Shown piece after piece: positions 18,266 through 32,442 of a DNA stretch of 64,000 nt. The position numbers were made by a program, and so were the translations under genes. How positions within the stretch are numbered: position 1 is the stretch's first letter; each line of letters begins with the position of its first letter. The notes beneath the pieces were generated by a model. The model was not told where the DNA came from, did no database searches, and saw only the letters and a list, made by a program, of their open reading frames with translations. This DNA comes from Escherichia coli (GTDB lineage Bacteria > Pseudomonadota > Gammaproteobacteria > Enterobacterales > Enterobacteriaceae): assembly GCF_044324875.1 (NCBI RefSeq), contig NZ_CP172185.1. One strand, 5' to 3'.

Positions 18266-18720
18266 AAGCAAACCTCAAAATTGAGCTGGCTGAATAATCA
18301 TTATGATTACGCAGATGATTAAGGAATGACCGAAGGCGGAAATTCGCCTGTGGTTGATGGGGGAGTTGCAGATCTGCAACTCGACCATGAAACTACGGAA
18401 ACTACCCGTAGTTTGGGTAGTAAGAGTAACACCCAGATTTTGGGACTTACTCGTGATACCCAAATTTGGAGTATCGGTGGCAACCATAACGACTTTCGTT
18501 ACGGTTGATGCTTTTACCCCATTGGGGGAAAGGTATTACGATAATCATAACACCTACCGAACAGGTAAAGCCCACCAGCCTGATTGACATTTAACCGGAA
18601 AAAAAGCCAGGTAGCCCCGTTATGTGGATCCCCATATCGACAGCAACGCCCCCTTAAAATTACCCGCCTTTATATTTCTTGTGCCTATTTGTTCCACGTT
18701 GTTTCATACAGTGCGCCGAA

Positions 18721-18746
18721 CGGTGTAGTTAATGGTGTAGTTAATT
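18721..18746. repeat. attR core (26-bp direct repeat)
   Basis: Identical to 7612-7637. Confidence 0.7.
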
Positions 18747-18826
18747 TGCGATTTTTGGCACTTTTGTTTGTGTATATTTTTAATTAAATCAATACATTAA
18801 CTAATATCGGTGATAAAAGGGCATAT

Positions 18827-20287
18827 TTATTCATCTTTCGGCGCAGAATGCTGGCGACCAAAAATCACCTCCATCCGCGCACCGCCCAGCATGCTCTCTC
18901 CGGCGACGATTTTACCCTCATATTGCTCGGTGATTTCGCGGGCTACCGCCAGCCCTACACCTTGCCCAGGGCGTAAAGTATCAACCCGTTGACCACGGTC
19001 GAAAATGACCTCTCGCTTGCTTAATGGAATACCGGGGCCATCATCCTCGACCACAATATAGAGATGCTCGTCGGTTTGCCTTGCAGATATTTCGACAAAC
19101 TCGAGGCAATATTTACAGGCATTATCCAGCACGTTGCCCATCACCTCGACAAAATCGTTCTGCTCACCGACAAAGCTGATCTCTGGCGAAATATCGAGAG
19201 AGATATTGACCCCTTTGCGTTGATACACTTTGTTCAGCGCCGAGGTGAGATTGTCCAGCAGTGGGGCGACCGGATGTAGCTCGCGGCTAAGCAATGTCCC
19301 GCCGCGCATACTGGCACGATGCAGGTAGTAGCCAATTTGCTGTGAAATGCGACTGATTTGCTCCAGCATTACCGGCTCAGCATCACTGACGCTCATCTTC
19401 TCACTACGCAGAGAACGCAGCGTACTTTGCAGCACCGCCAGTGGCGTTTTCAGACTATGGGTCAGGTCGGTGAGCGTTGTACGATATTTGTCGTAACGTT
19501 CGCGTTCACTTTTTAACAATCGGTTCAGGTTTCGTACCAGACTGGTCAGTTCTCGCGTTGTGGCTGGATTGAGCAATTCGCGGTTATGTTCTTCCAGTTC
19601 GCGGACTTCTTTTGCCAGGGCTTCGATGGGGCGTAAACTCCACCTGGCGGCGACCCACAGCAGCGGGATCACTAACAGCAGATTGGCTGAGAGCACATAG
19701 ATAAACCAGCTCCAGACCATATAGGAACTTTTTAGCTCCACCGGAATGGTATCCACCACCACAATGGTCAACTTTGGCATCCGCGATGTTGCCGGGTAGA
19801 CGTTTACCGCCACCGAGTGGGTCATCTCCGCGTCGTCATCATCTTCCCGCACTTCCTGCAACTGTTGCTGTATCGAATGATCTCCACTCAGCAAGAGGCT
19901 GGTATCGTTAACATCCGCTTCAATTTCATGAAAACCATTCGATTTCAGCCAGTCAGGCTGGATCATCTTCATCAGCCAGGGCACGTCACGTTGCGCCCAT
20001 AAAAGCTGCCCGTTCTCATCATAAATTAGCGTCATAGTGGGGCTTTGCTTGTCGATATTTTCGGGTAACTCGACATGCAACTTATTGTTTTCCCACTTCG
20101 CAAGGGTATAGAACAGATTGCTCTCGCCACGTAACAGCCGAAACGTAGTTTTATCGAAACTGACGCTATAACCGATCAGCGCGACCATTCCGTAGGCAAG
20201 CGAAAGCACCAGTACAACCGCTGCCGTTGCCAATAGAAAACGTACCCGCAGCGAGAGCGGGAAAAAAAGACGCAGTAATTTTTTCAT
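18827..20287 (-). CDS. phoQ: sensor histidine kinase PhoQ
   Basis: 486 aa, recognised sequence. It has a periplasmic acidic patch, HAMP domain, H-box and HATPase. Confidence 0.95.
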   Translation of the reverse strand: MKKLLRLFFPLSLRVRFLLATAAVVLVLSLAYGMVALIGYSVSFDKTTFRLLRGESNLFYTLAKWENNKLHVELPENIDKQSPTMTLIYDENGQLLWAQRDVPWLMKMIQPDWLKSNGFHEIEADVNDTSLLLSGDHSIQQQLQEVREDDDDAEMTHSVAVNVYPATSRMPKLTIVVVDTIPVELKSSYMVWSWFIYVLSANLLLVIPLLWVAARWSLRPIEALAKEVRELEEHNRELLNPATTRELTSLVRNLNRLLKSERERYDKYRTTLTDLTHSLKTPLAVLQSTLRSLRSEKMSVSDAEPVMLEQISRISQQIGYYLHRASMRGGTLLSRELHPVAPLLDNLTSALNKVYQRKGVNISLDISPEISFVGEQNDFVEVMGNVLDNACKYCLEFVEISARQTDEHLYIVVEDDGPGIPLSKREVIFDRGQRVDTLRPGQGVGLAVAREITEQYEGKIVAGESMLGGARMEVIFGRQHSAPKDE

Positions 20288-20958
20288 CAGCGCAATTCGA
20301 ACAGATAGCCCTGGCCGCGAACGGTGGTAATCACTTCTTGCGGATATTGTGCCTGAATTTTTTTGCGCAGACGTCCCATCAGTACATCAATGGTATGGCT
20401 TTCCCGCAGCTCCGCATCCGGATAGAGTTGTAGCATTAACGAATCTTTGCTGACCACTTTGCCATTATTGCGTATCAACGTTTCCATAATGGTGTATTCG
20501 AACGCGGTCAGTTTAATCACTTCGTCATTAATAGATAATTCACGGCGGGAGAGATCAACCTGAAACGGGGGTAGCGAAATGACCTGTGAGGCCAGACCGC
20601 TATTACGCCGCATTAATGCCTGCATTCGCGCCATCACCTCTTCAATATGAAACGGTTTAGTCACGTAATCATCAGCACCGGCACTTAATACTTCGACTTT
20701 GTCCTGCCAGCTTTCACGGGCGGTTAATACCAGAATCGGCAGTGAAACATCATTGCTACGCCAGCGGCGAATCAGTGACAGACCGTCCTCGTCAGGCAAA
20801 CCGAGATCGACAATCGCAATATCCGGTAAATGTTCATTGAGATAATAATCGGCTTCTTTGGCATCTTCTGCGTCATCGACCTGATGACCAGCATCCTGAA
20901 TCTGAACTTTAAGATGGTGACGTAACAACGCATTGTCTTCAACAACCAGTACGCGCAT
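20287..20958 (-). CDS. phoP: response regulator PhoP
   Basis: 223-aa OmpR-family regulator. Its stop overlaps the phoQ start. Confidence 0.95.
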   Translation of the reverse strand: MRVLVVEDNALLRHHLKVQIQDAGHQVDDAEDAKEADYYLNEHLPDIAIVDLGLPDEDGLSLIRRWRSNDVSLPILVLTARESWQDKVEVLSAGADDYVTKPFHIEEVMARMQALMRRNSGLASQVISLPPFQVDLSRRELSINDEVIKLTAFEYTIMETLIRNNGKVVSKDSLMLQLYPDAELRESHTIDVLMGRLRKKIQAQYPQEVITTVRGQGYLFELR

Positions 20959-21018
20959 TTTTTATTTCTCCCTGTCTTAATTATTAAAATAGTGTAACGC
21001 GATTATGTGGTTATGGGG

Positions 21019-21036
21019 GTAAACATTAAATAAACC
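21019..21036 (-). promoter_or_regulatory. PhoP box upstream of phoP
   Basis: The minus strand reads GGTTTATTTAATGTTTAC, a direct repeat (T/G)GTTTA-N5-(T/G)GTTTA. Confidence 0.6.
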
Positions 21037-21127
21037 AGCGGGGAGGGGAGGTAAAGTGAAAAAATAAAAAGTGGATAATCTTAATAAGCAGGCCGGACAG
21101 CATCGCCATCCGGCACTGATTTGAGGC

Positions 21128-22501
<1,374 letters not shown>

Positions 22502-23149
22502 TCACAACTCCGGGGTTAAATGAGCAAGAATTTGTTTTGCCTGAGTGGTCAGGCGATTACGAGAAAACATCAGTTGCAGACGTCCGCCGCCGACCTGGTG
22601 CCAGAGCACGGCGGCGCGAATGCCTGCCAGCAGGGTAGCGCGAACTTTCGCCTGCACCTGTGGGCTTTGCAGTACAGCAGGGGAACCGGTGACCTGAATG
22701 CGCGGGCCAAGCGGGCTGATAACATCAACATAGATAGCAGCCATCGCGCTCATCAGCGTTTCGGACTGTAAATCGAAGTGTTCGAGCTGTCGTTGCAGGC
22801 CGTTGATCCGGTTGCCCAGAGTGTCGAGCGCGCCTTTCGCTGAGGAAAGTTTGCGCTCAAGCACCATCAGGCTGAGTGTGTAGCGGGTTAATTCGGCGTT
22901 TAAGCCCTGGCGACTGCTGGCATTGAGCACGCCGAGCAAGGTTTCCAGCCCGACGCGCAGGTTGGCTTCGCTACCGCCAAAAACCGCCAGCGTCGAGCTG
23001 GGGTTCATATCAATAATACTGTTGAGTGAGACGTGTAGCGCATCGGCATCACAATGCCCCTGGTGAGCGAGTTGTTGCACCAGGCGTGCCGACTGACAAA
23101 TACCGGCCAGGGCGAGGGTGATGTCATAGTAATTCTTTGCCACGTTCAC
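22502..23149 (-). CDS. hflD: lysogenisation regulator HflD
   Basis: About 213 aa, synteny between purB and mnmA. Confidence 0.85.
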   Translation of the reverse strand: MNVAKNYYDITLALAGICQSARLVQQLAHQGHCDADALHVSLNSIIDMNPSSTLAVFGGSEANLRVGLETLLGVLNASSRQGLNAELTRYTLSLMVLERKLSSAKGALDTLGNRINGLQRQLEHFDLQSETLMSAMAAIYVDVISPLGPRIQVTGSPAVLQSPQVQAKVRATLLAGIRAAVLWHQVGGGRLQLMFSRNRLTTQAKQILAHLTPEL

Positions 23150-23178
23150 TGCTTCCTTGTTTTAAGTAAAGATAATAA

Positions 23179-24800
<1,622 letters not shown>

Positions 24801-24809
24801 TTTGCATCC

Positions 24810-25463
24810 TTAATCTGTCACTTCTCGCCATTCGCCATTGGCAAGATTATCCAAAGAGTAATCACCCATCGCATAGCGAATCAGTCGCAGCGTGGGGAAA
24901 CCAACATGGGCGGTCATACGACGCACCTGGCGATTACGTCCTTCATATAAGGTGATCTTCAGCCAGCTGGTGGGAATACTTTTGCGTTCACGAATTGGTG
25001 GATTCCGCGGCCATAACCACGCGGGTTCTTCAACCAGCTCCGCGCCTGCGGGCAGGGTAGGGCCATCATTTAAGGTTACGCCATTGCGCAAGGCTTCAAG
25101 TGCGTCTTGTGTGGGAATACCTTCCACCTGCACATAATAGATTTTTCCGGTGCGTTTACCCGGCTGGGTTAAACGCGCCTGCAACGCGCCGTTATTGGTC
25201 AGCACCAGTAACCCTTCGCTATCGCGGTCAAGACGACCTGCTGCATAAACGCCCTGAACCGGGATGAATTCTTTTAATGTTTTGCGTCCGGCTTCATCGG
25301 TGAACTGCGGAAGAACATCGTAGGGTTTATTGAACAGGATCACACGCGTGGGCTGGTTTTCAGGTTTACGCCTGGTAGAACGTTGCGAGCTGAATCGCTT
25401 AACCTGGTGATTTCTAAAAGAAGTTTTTTGCATGGTATTTTCAGAGATTATGAATTGCCGCAT
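24810..25463 (-). CDS. rluE: 23S rRNA pseudouridine synthase RluE
   Basis: 217 aa with RsuA-family motif [11 protein letters not shown]. Confidence 0.85.
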   Translation of the reverse strand: MRQFIISENTMQKTSFRNHQVKRFSSQRSTRRKPENQPTRVILFNKPYDVLPQFTDEAGRKTLKEFIPVQGVYAAGRLDRDSEGLLVLTNNGALQARLTQPGKRTGKIYYVQVEGIPTQDALEALRNGVTLNDGPTLPAGAELVEEPAWLWPRNPPIRERKSIPTSWLKITLYEGRNRQVRRMTAHVGFPTLRLIRYAMGDYSLDNLANGEWREVTD

Positions 25464-25640
25464 TATAGCCTAATAACGCGCATCTTTCATGACGGCAAAC
25501 AATAGGGTAGTATTGACAAGCCAATTACAAATCATTAACAAAAAATTGCTCTAAAGCATCCGTATCGCAGGACGCAAATGCATATGCATATGCAACGTGG
25601 TGGCAGACGAGCAAACCAGTAGCGCTCGAAGGAGAGGTGA

Positions 25641-26891
25641 ATGGAAAGTAAAGTAGTTGTTCCGGCACAAGGCAAGAAGATCACCCTGCAAAACGGCAAA
25701 CTCAACGTTCCTGAAAATCCGATTATCCCTTACATTGAAGGTGATGGAATCGGTGTAGATGTAACCCCAGCCATGCTGAAAGTGGTCGACGCTGCAGTCG
25801 AGAAAGCCTATAAAGGCGAGCGTAAAATCTCCTGGATGGAAATTTACACCGGTGAAAAATCCACACAGGTTTATGGTCAGGATGTCTGGCTACCTGCTGA
25901 AACCCTTGATCTGATTCGTGAATATCGCGTTGCCATCAAAGGCCCGCTGACCACTCCGGTTGGTGGCGGTATTCGCTCTCTGAACGTTGCCCTGCGCCAG
26001 GAGCTGGATCTCTATATCTGCCTGCGTCCGGTACGTTACTACCAGGGCACCCCAAGCCCGGTTAAACACCCTGAACTGACCGATATGGTTATCTTCCGTG
26101 AAAACTCGGAAGACATTTATGCGGGTATCGAATGGAAAGCAGACTCTGCCGACGCTGAGAAAGTGATTAAATTCCTGCGTGAAGAGATGGGCGTGAAGAA
26201 AATTCGCTTCCCGGAACATTGCGGCATCGGTATTAAGCCGTGTTCTGAAGAAGGCACCAAACGTCTGGTTCGTGCAGCGATCGAATACGCAATTGCTAAC
26301 GATCGTGACTCTGTGACCCTGGTGCACAAAGGCAACATCATGAAATTCACCGAAGGCGCGTTTAAAGACTGGGGCTACCAGCTGGCGCGTGAAGAGTTTG
26401 GCGGTGAACTGATCGACGGCGGCCCGTGGCTGAAAGTTAAAAACCCGAATACCGGCAAAGAGATCGTCATTAAAGACGTGATTGCTGATGCATTCCTGCA
26501 ACAGATCCTGCTGCGTCCGGCTGAATATGACGTTATCGCCTGTATGAACCTGAACGGTGACTACATTTCTGACGCCCTGGCAGCGCAGGTTGGCGGTATC
26601 GGTATCGCCCCTGGCGCAAACATCGGTGATGAATGCGCCCTGTTTGAAGCCACCCACGGTACTGCGCCGAAATATGCCGGTCAGGACAAAGTAAACCCAG
26701 GCTCTATTATTCTCTCCGCTGAGATGATGTTACGCCATATGGGTTGGACTGAAGCCGCAGACCTGATTGTTAAAGGTATGGAAGGCGCGATCAACGCGAA
26801 GACTGTAACCTATGACTTCGAACGTCTGATGGAAGGCGCTAAACTGCTGAAATGTTCAGAGTTTGGTGATGCGATCATCAAGAACATGTAA
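25641..26891 (+). CDS. icd: isocitrate dehydrogenase (NADP)
   Basis: 416 aa, recognised sequence. The 3' end is uninterrupted, so no e14 is present. Confidence 0.95.
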   Translation: MESKVVVPAQGKKITLQNGKLNVPENPIIPYIEGDGIGVDVTPAMLKVVDAAVEKAYKGERKISWMEIYTGEKSTQVYGQDVWLPAETLDLIREYRVAIKGPLTTPVGGGIRSLNVALRQELDLYICLRPVRYYQGTPSPVKHPELTDMVIFRENSEDIYAGIEWKADSADAEKVIKFLREEMGVKKIRFPEHCGIGIKPCSEEGTKRLVRAAIEYAIANDRDSVTLVHKGNIMKFTEGAFKDWGYQLAREEFGGELIDGGPWLKVKNPNTGKEIVIKDVIADAFLQQILLRPAEYDVIACMNLNGDYISDALAAQVGGIGIAPGANIGDECALFEATHGTAPKYAGQDKVNPGSIILSAEMMLRHMGWTEAADLIVKGMEGAINAKTVTYDFERLMEGAKLLKCSEFGDAIIKNM

Positions 26892-26917
26892 TCACTACAT
26901 GTGTTAAATATTGAAAC

Positions 26918-26950
26918 GGGCGTATAACACGCCCGTTGTTTTATTTATGT
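26918..26950 (+). terminator. icd rho-independent terminator hairpin
   Basis: gaaacgggcgtataacacgcccgttgtttt, a GC-rich stem followed by a T-run. Confidence 0.65.
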
Positions 26951-26993
26951 GGATATTATTAATAGCATGTCGAGCATATTTATATGAAGCCCA

Positions 26994-27317
26994 TTACTTG
27001 AGTCCATATGGGCATATTTTTATAATACAACTATTATGCAAACATTTATTTGGTATTTCGCTTTCTCCTGGAGGACACTCTTGACTGCTTTTGAGTAAAC
27101 TCCATAAATCCTTGTTGAATGGTGTTATGTTATAAATAGTAATAGGGTATTCTTTATCCTTAAAGATAATACCAGACTTAACCGGTGTAAATATACTTCC
27201 AGGAGGGAGAAATATAGTAGATTGATACCAGATGATCATTTTCATATCACCCCATATGGCTGAAAAAGATATGCCGCATGTAGGTTGAATTACCGTGTCA
27301 ATTACTATCCACTTCAT
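26994..27317 (-). CDS. iraM: anti-adaptor protein IraM (RssB inhibitor)
   Basis: 107 aa starting [19 protein letters not shown]..., recognised as IraM/YcgW. The region is AT-rich. Confidence 0.7.
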   Translation of the reverse strand: MKWIVIDTVIQPTCGISFSAIWGDMKMIIWYQSTIFLPPGSIFTPVKSGIIFKDKEYPITIYNITPFNKDLWSLLKSSQECPPGESEIPNKCLHNSCIIKICPYGLK

Positions 27318-27765
27318 TTGTTATGTCTTATCCCACGGTATTTAATATGGTTCATTAGGATGTTTATTTCTTGATTTTGCATATGAGTATATTACCCCCT
27401 CAAAAAACAAATTAATTAAAAATTAAAACCATTGTTTAGATAAAACAAAATTTAAAGCAAGAAATCTCAATAGATATTAAACAAAATGAGATTTAGTGAA
27501 AACATTAAATTATTCACTTCGTTTTAGATTTGTTTAGCTAAAATGTTATACATTCAAATGACTGAACATCCTGTAATTAAAACATAGCCTTTATACTACT
27601 TTGTGCCAATTTGCTAAACATTATGGTTGGCCTTTTATTTAACGATAATGACGAATATAAGCATAACATGAGAATAAGATTTCAGTTTTTTAGTTATATA
27701 GGAATGGTTTAACCCATTCCTGGCTAAAATACATATAACTGGATGATGACTAAACCAAAACACAT

Positions 27766-27805
27766 GTGCGTTAAGTATTGAAACGGGCGTATGGCACGCC
27801 CGTTG
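27766..27805 (+). repeat. second copy of the icd-terminator segment (direct repeat of 26909-26948)
   Basis: gtgcgttaagtattgaaacgggcgtatggcacgcccgttg is paired with gtgttaaatattgaaacgggcgtataacacgcccgttg. The T-run resumes after the IS2 (cgttgtttttt). Confidence 0.55.
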
Positions 27806-27896
27806 TAGACTGGCCCCCTGAATCTCCAGACAACCAGTATCACTTAAATAAGTGATAGTCTTAATACTAGTTTTTAGACTAGTCATTGGAGAACAG

Positions 27897-28262
27897 ATGA
27901 TTGATGTCTTAGGGCCGGAGAAACGCAGACGGCGTACCACACAGGAAAAGATCGCAATTGTTCAGCAGAGCTTTGAACCGGGGATGACGGTCTCCCTCGT
28001 TGCCCGGCAACATGGTGTAGCAGCCAGCCAGTTATTTCTCTGGCGTAAGCAATACCAGGAAGGAAGTCTTACTGCTGTCGCCGCCGGAGAACAGGTTGTT
28101 CCTGCCTCTGAACTTGCTGCCGCCATGAAGCAGATTAAAGAACTCCAGCGCCTGCTCGGCAAGAAAACGATGGAAAATGAACTCCTCAAAGAAGCCGTTG
28201 AATATGGACGGGCAAAAAAGTGGATAGCGCACGCGCCCTTATTGCCCGGGGATGGGGAGTAA
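27897..28262 (+). CDS. insC: IS2 transposase OrfA (InsC)
   Basis: [56 protein letters not shown]..., recognised InsC. Confidence 0.9.
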
Positions 28263-29125
28263 GCTTAGTCAGCCGTTGTCTCCGGGTGTCGCGTGCGCAG
28301 TTGCACGTCATTCTCAGACGAACCGATGACTGGATGGATGGCCGCCGCAGTCGTCACACTGATGATACGGATGTGCTTCTCCGTATACACCATGTTATCG
28401 GAGAGCTGCCAACGTATGGTTATCGTCGGGTATGGGCGCTGCTTCGCAGACAGGCAGAACTTGATGGTATGCCTGCGATCAATGCCAAACGTGTTTACCG
28501 GATCATGCGCCAGAATGCGCTGTTGCTTGAGCGAAAACCTGCTGTACCGCCATCGAAACGGGCACATACAGGCAGAGTGGCTGTGAAAGAAAGTAATCAG
28601 CGATGGTGCTCTGACGGGTTCGAGTTCCGCTGTGATAACGGAGAAAAACTGCGAGTCACGTTCGCGCTGGACTGCTGTGACCGTGAGGCACTGCACTGGG
28701 CGGTCACTACGGGCGGCTTCAACAGTGAAACAGTACAGGACGTCATGCTGGGAGCGGTGGAACGCCGCTTCGGCAACGAGCTTCCGGCGTCTCCAGTAGA
28801 GTGGCTGACGGATAATGGTTCATGCTACCGGGCTAATGAAACACGGCAGTTTGCCCGGATGTTGGGGCTTGAACCGAAGAGCACGGCGGTGCGGAGTCCG
28901 GAGAGTAACGGCATAGCAGAGAGCTTCGTGAAAACGATAAAGCGTGACTACATCAGTGTCATGCCCAAACCAGACGGGTTAACGGCAGCAAAGAACCTTG
29001 CAGAGGCGTTCGAGCATTATAACGAATGGCATCCGCATAGTGCACTGGGTTATCGCTCGCCACGGGAATATCTACGGCAGCAAGCCAGTAATGGGTTAAG
29101 TGATAACAGGTGTCTGGAAATATAG
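28220..29125 (+). CDS. insD: IS2 transposase OrfB (InsD), DDE integrase fold
   Basis: 301 aa, recognised InsD. It overlaps insC in the -1 frame. Confidence 0.9.
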
Positions 29126-29356
29126 GGGCAAATCCACGTTGTTTTTTATAAATATGTTAACCGCTATAAAATAACGTATAGAAAGTCAAGTGATCACATT
29201 TCAAATATCAAGTTGATAGTATTGATCTGGTGATTATTTATGGGTGGCAATAAAAAGATAGTATTACTCATCCATATGAATAGTCTCTGCACTTTTATTT
29301 CCATTATGCTAATGCCTTACTGAATTATGAAGCATTTTTTAAGCGTCCAACTTTAG

Positions 29357-29761
29357 CTAGATTAATGGTTTATTATTTTCTACATCTTCAATATATAAAA
29401 GCGTATTATCAATGGTGTAGTAACTGCGTTTGTTATGATTAACATCAGTAACCCACCGGAAAACGCCCGCGTCTGCCAGTGTTGAACAGTATTCCCGAAA
29501 TGTTGATTTTCCGCAAATATGAAGCAATGCGGCCTCTTTTATTTTAGCAGGGTTCTTGGTCGTACTAACTTTTAACAGGTTCCTGGTTCCTCTTAATAAC
29601 AAAACCGTGTCATCGTGAGTAATAATTCTGATGTTATCCGTAGCCAGATAATAAATGTAATGTGCAATACGGTGATGTTTTAATTCTGAATAAAACCAGG
29701 AGAAGTTTTGCTCTTTTCTCACTTGCTCAAACATCTTTTGAAAAACAACAACCTGATCCAT
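29357..29761 (-). CDS. ycgX: DUF1398 protein YcgX
   Basis: 134 aa starting MDQVVVFQKMFEQVRKEQNF. Synteny is with bluR. Confidence 0.75.
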   Translation of the reverse strand: MDQVVVFQKMFEQVRKEQNFSWFYSELKHHRIAHYIYYLATDNIRIITHDDTVLLLRGTRNLLKVSTTKNPAKIKEAALLHICGKSTFREYCSTLADAGVFRWVTDVNHNKRSYYTIDNTLLYIEDVENNKPLI

Positions 29762-29981
29762 CAGGATAATAACCTCTTGTTAGTTGTGAGACTGCGTAGT
29801 GTGCACGATCGGTTTTACCACTTCAATCTGGTCTGTCCTTTGGCTGTGATATGTACAAAGTGTGAAAGGGGAATTACCTGAATTCTCCCGGTGAGCATTT
29901 TGCAACGGACCAGCTCCGGTACAAACGCTGTTGTGGGTTCAGATTATAACATTCTGTCTAAGGGGCGGGATAAAGGTGAAA

Positions 29982-30713
29982 TTAGGGGGTATGAAAGATG
30001 ACTTTATAACCTTGCTCACCCCAATGTTGTAAAAGTTCGTTTTGCCTTCTCGTTGGTGCCATGCCTGTCCAGACAATCAATGTTTGCGTCGGGAACAGTT
30101 CCGGGCGCGGCGATTCAATGGGATCAGCAAGAACAGAAATGTGCCATCCTGATAATGATAAACGCCATGCTTCCAGCCACAATCGGGCTCTCTCTTCAAC
30201 ATTCCACGCCATCAGAATGGCTTCTTTACCGGGCTTACGACGCATTTCGAAAAGCGAGGCTGCTGCGTATTCAATTAATGCGCCGTCAAACATACTGCTC
30301 ATAATGCGGGAGGTGTTGTGATCAAGCACGAGACGCTGACGAACAGGAAGGTAAACATGATTAATCAATTGATCTACCGGGTACTCTCGACCCAGTGAAA
30401 TAATTCTCGCGCGTAGTTTGGCAGGATTAGCCATACGAAGAATTGACATCATCTCTTCTTGCAGGCGGCTCCAGTCATCTTCCGTATCCTGGCTGGTGGT
30501 TTCCAGTAATGCTTTAACTTTGCCTACAGGGACGCCATTACTTATCCAACGCTTGATCTCTTCGATGCGTTGTATGTCTTCTTCATCAAAGAGTCGGTGT
30601 CCGCCTTCACTGCGCTGTGGTTTTAACAAACCGTAGCGGCGTTGCCAGGCCCGGAGAGTGACAGGATTAATCCCGCAACGTTCAGCAACATCACCAATGC
30701 TGTAATAAGCCAC
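29982..30713 (-). CDS. bluR: MerR-family repressor BluR (YcgE)
   Basis: 243 aa with an N-terminal MerR HTH ([28 protein letters not shown]). Confidence 0.85.
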   Translation of the reverse strand: MAYYSIGDVAERCGINPVTLRAWQRRYGLLKPQRSEGGHRLFDEEDIQRIEEIKRWISNGVPVGKVKALLETTSQDTEDDWSRLQEEMMSILRMANPAKLRARIISLGREYPVDQLINHVYLPVRQRLVLDHNTSRIMSSMFDGALIEYAAASLFEMRRKPGKEAILMAWNVEERARLWLEAWRLSLSGWHISVLADPIESPRPELFPTQTLIVWTGMAPTRRQNELLQHWGEQGYKVIFHTP

Positions 30714-30917
30714 AATTCCTCCTTGCGGTCATAAATCTCCGTCGCCTGTACACGACCCAATAATACTTTGTACAATATACGCTAAAATTGTACAAAGTAT
30801 AAATAAGATTTCAGCTAAATTGGATGAAACATTATTTTTAATGTGGATTAAATTAAAACATAACGTATTCATTTTCACGATGATTTCCAGAAATCATGCG
30901 AAATAATGTGCTGAAAA

Positions 30918-32129
30918 TTATTTTTTCTCCGGCCACGCAACTGAAGGGATACCATTCAATTTAGCTTTGGCAAACAGATCTCCCTGAAACATCTCAATTC
31001 CTGCAGATTCAAGCCACATCCACTCTTCTGGTGTTGTCACACCCATAGCAGAGACTTGAATTTCAAGTGATGTACAGCATTTTATGATCGCCTGAATAAT
31101 TGCCTGCCGTGGCCCGCTTTTATGAACGTTGGTAATCAATTCCTGACTGATTTTAATTCTGTCAGGCTGGAAGCGTGACAGGAGTAACAAACCGGCAAAA
31201 CCTGCGCCAAAATGATCAATTGCTACACTGATACCGGCAGCCTTTAGCGATTTAACCGCTTCGGCAAACTCATCAAACCGAGATATGACTTCACTTTCAG
31301 TAAATTCAACGATGATTTGTTCCGGCACCAGACCATTGGCCTTTATTTCATCAAGTAAAAAAGAGACTGCGTCAGGCTCGTTAACCAGGGTCATAGGTAA
31401 TAGATTGATTGAAATCATTTTATCACCGAGGTCAAGTGCGTGTGCCATCGCGAATGCAAGCGCCTTACTTTTGAGATCCGCTGTGTAGATTTCCCCTTCT
31501 TTACGCTGCCCAACCGCTATAGCTGACGGGCTGTCTTCATTTTTTTGCACAATGGCTTCAAAAGCGATTATCCGCCGCGATAAGGGATCGACAATAGGAT
31601 GAAAGGCAAAGTGGTCGTTTATATTTGGTGAAAGGGTGCAGGAATCAAGTTCTTTATCAGATCCGTCAGCGATAAAAAGCCAGGAGTCTTCAGCAGGGAT
31701 CTCGAAATAGGTTGATTGTTCGGTTGCAAGGACAAAAGTACGAAAAAATTGTAGCGCTCTGTCATCATAGGTTAGCTGAAATTTTGATGTACCCTTGTCG
31801 AATACGGCCTGTAAAACGTCATCTCGCTCGTGCAGGCGTAAATCAAATAATTCCATTCCTGCTTTGCCAAAACGGCGAGCAGGCGCGTAATCGCACAACA
31901 GTTCAACAATATTATAGTGCCGTGGATCCTGACATATAGCCCGATATATCAGTTGAACCTGTTCTTCCGGACCTTCCAAAAGCTGGAAAAAATGGGAACC
32001 ATTAAACAGTAAGATCCCTGTTACGTCAGACTGCATGTTTCTGCGATTTGCTATCGAAACCATTTCTTCGATTTTTTTGACAGGTTCGTCGTCACGTATA
32101 TGGCTACGATAAATAAGGGTGGTAAGCAT
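30918..32129 (-). CDS. bluF: blue-light sensor BluF (YcgF), BLUF plus degenerate EAL
   Basis: Starts MLTTLIYRSHIRDDEP, a BLUF N-terminus. It is divergent from ycgZ. Confidence 0.85.
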   Translation of the reverse strand: MLTTLIYRSHIRDDEPVKKIEEMVSIANRRNMQSDVTGILLFNGSHFFQLLEGPEEQVQLIYRAICQDPRHYNIVELLCDYAPARRFGKAGMELFDLRLHERDDVLQAVFDKGTSKFQLTYDDRALQFFRTFVLATEQSTYFEIPAEDSWLFIADGSDKELDSCTLSPNINDHFAFHPIVDPLSRRIIAFEAIVQKNEDSPSAIAVGQRKEGEIYTADLKSKALAFAMAHALDLGDKMISINLLPMTLVNEPDAVSFLLDEIKANGLVPEQIIVEFTESEVISRFDEFAEAVKSLKAAGISVAIDHFGAGFAGLLLLSRFQPDRIKISQELITNVHKSGPRQAIIQAIIKCCTSLEIQVSAMGVTTPEEWMWLESAGIEMFQGDLFAKAKLNGIPSVAWPEKK

Positions 32130-32442
32130 TAACAATCCAGGGTAATGGGCGAGGCGAGAGTAAGACGGTAACAGACATATCTTCTTGTGTCTTTCTTTTA
32201 ATACCAAAAGATAACCGTTTCTTTACATTAATGAAAAGTGGAAAAAGTTGAAGACGATTTGTCGAAAATTCTTGTATAGGTTGTCATTTAAATGATGCAA
32301 TATTTTTTATCATAAGTTGTTGTTTTATATGTATTAGCACTAAATGCAAAAAATTAATTTATCATTCTGTACACATATTTCGTACAAGTTTGCTATTGTT
32401 ACCTCACTTAACATTGATTAACATTTTTAACAGAGGCGTAGC

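Larger units (their letters stand above)
7612..18746. mobile_element. Integrated phage-satellite-like island (PICI/cf-PICI-like, ~11.1 kb) with its own capsid-shell and cos/terS module
   Basis: Bounded by perfect 26-bp direct repeats (cggtgtagttaatggtgtagttaatt at 7612-7637 and 18721-18746). Genes run int, alpA, a divergent RHH repressor, a rep gene with iterons, ssb, and then a late block with MCP(E-like), a D-like gene, cos and a Nu1-like gene. There are no portal, terL, protease, tail or lysis genes. Confidence 0.8.
27806..29137 (+). mobile_element. IS2 (IS3 family), intact, with a 5-bp target-site duplication cgttg
   Basis: The ends are tagactggccccctgaatctccagacaacc... and ...gtgataacaggtgtctggaaatataggggcaaatcca. 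The flanks are cgttg (27801-27805) and cgttg (29138-29142). Confidence 0.9.

Noticed and set aside
18340-18545. Hairpin cluster considered as a retron msr/msd
   Set aside because: No reverse-transcriptase ORF is present anywhere in the island or its flanks.
7612-18746. Island considered as a complete prophage or as e14
   Set aside because: It has no tail, lysis, portal or large-terminase genes. e14 integrates in icd, which is intact here, and e14 has a different gene set.
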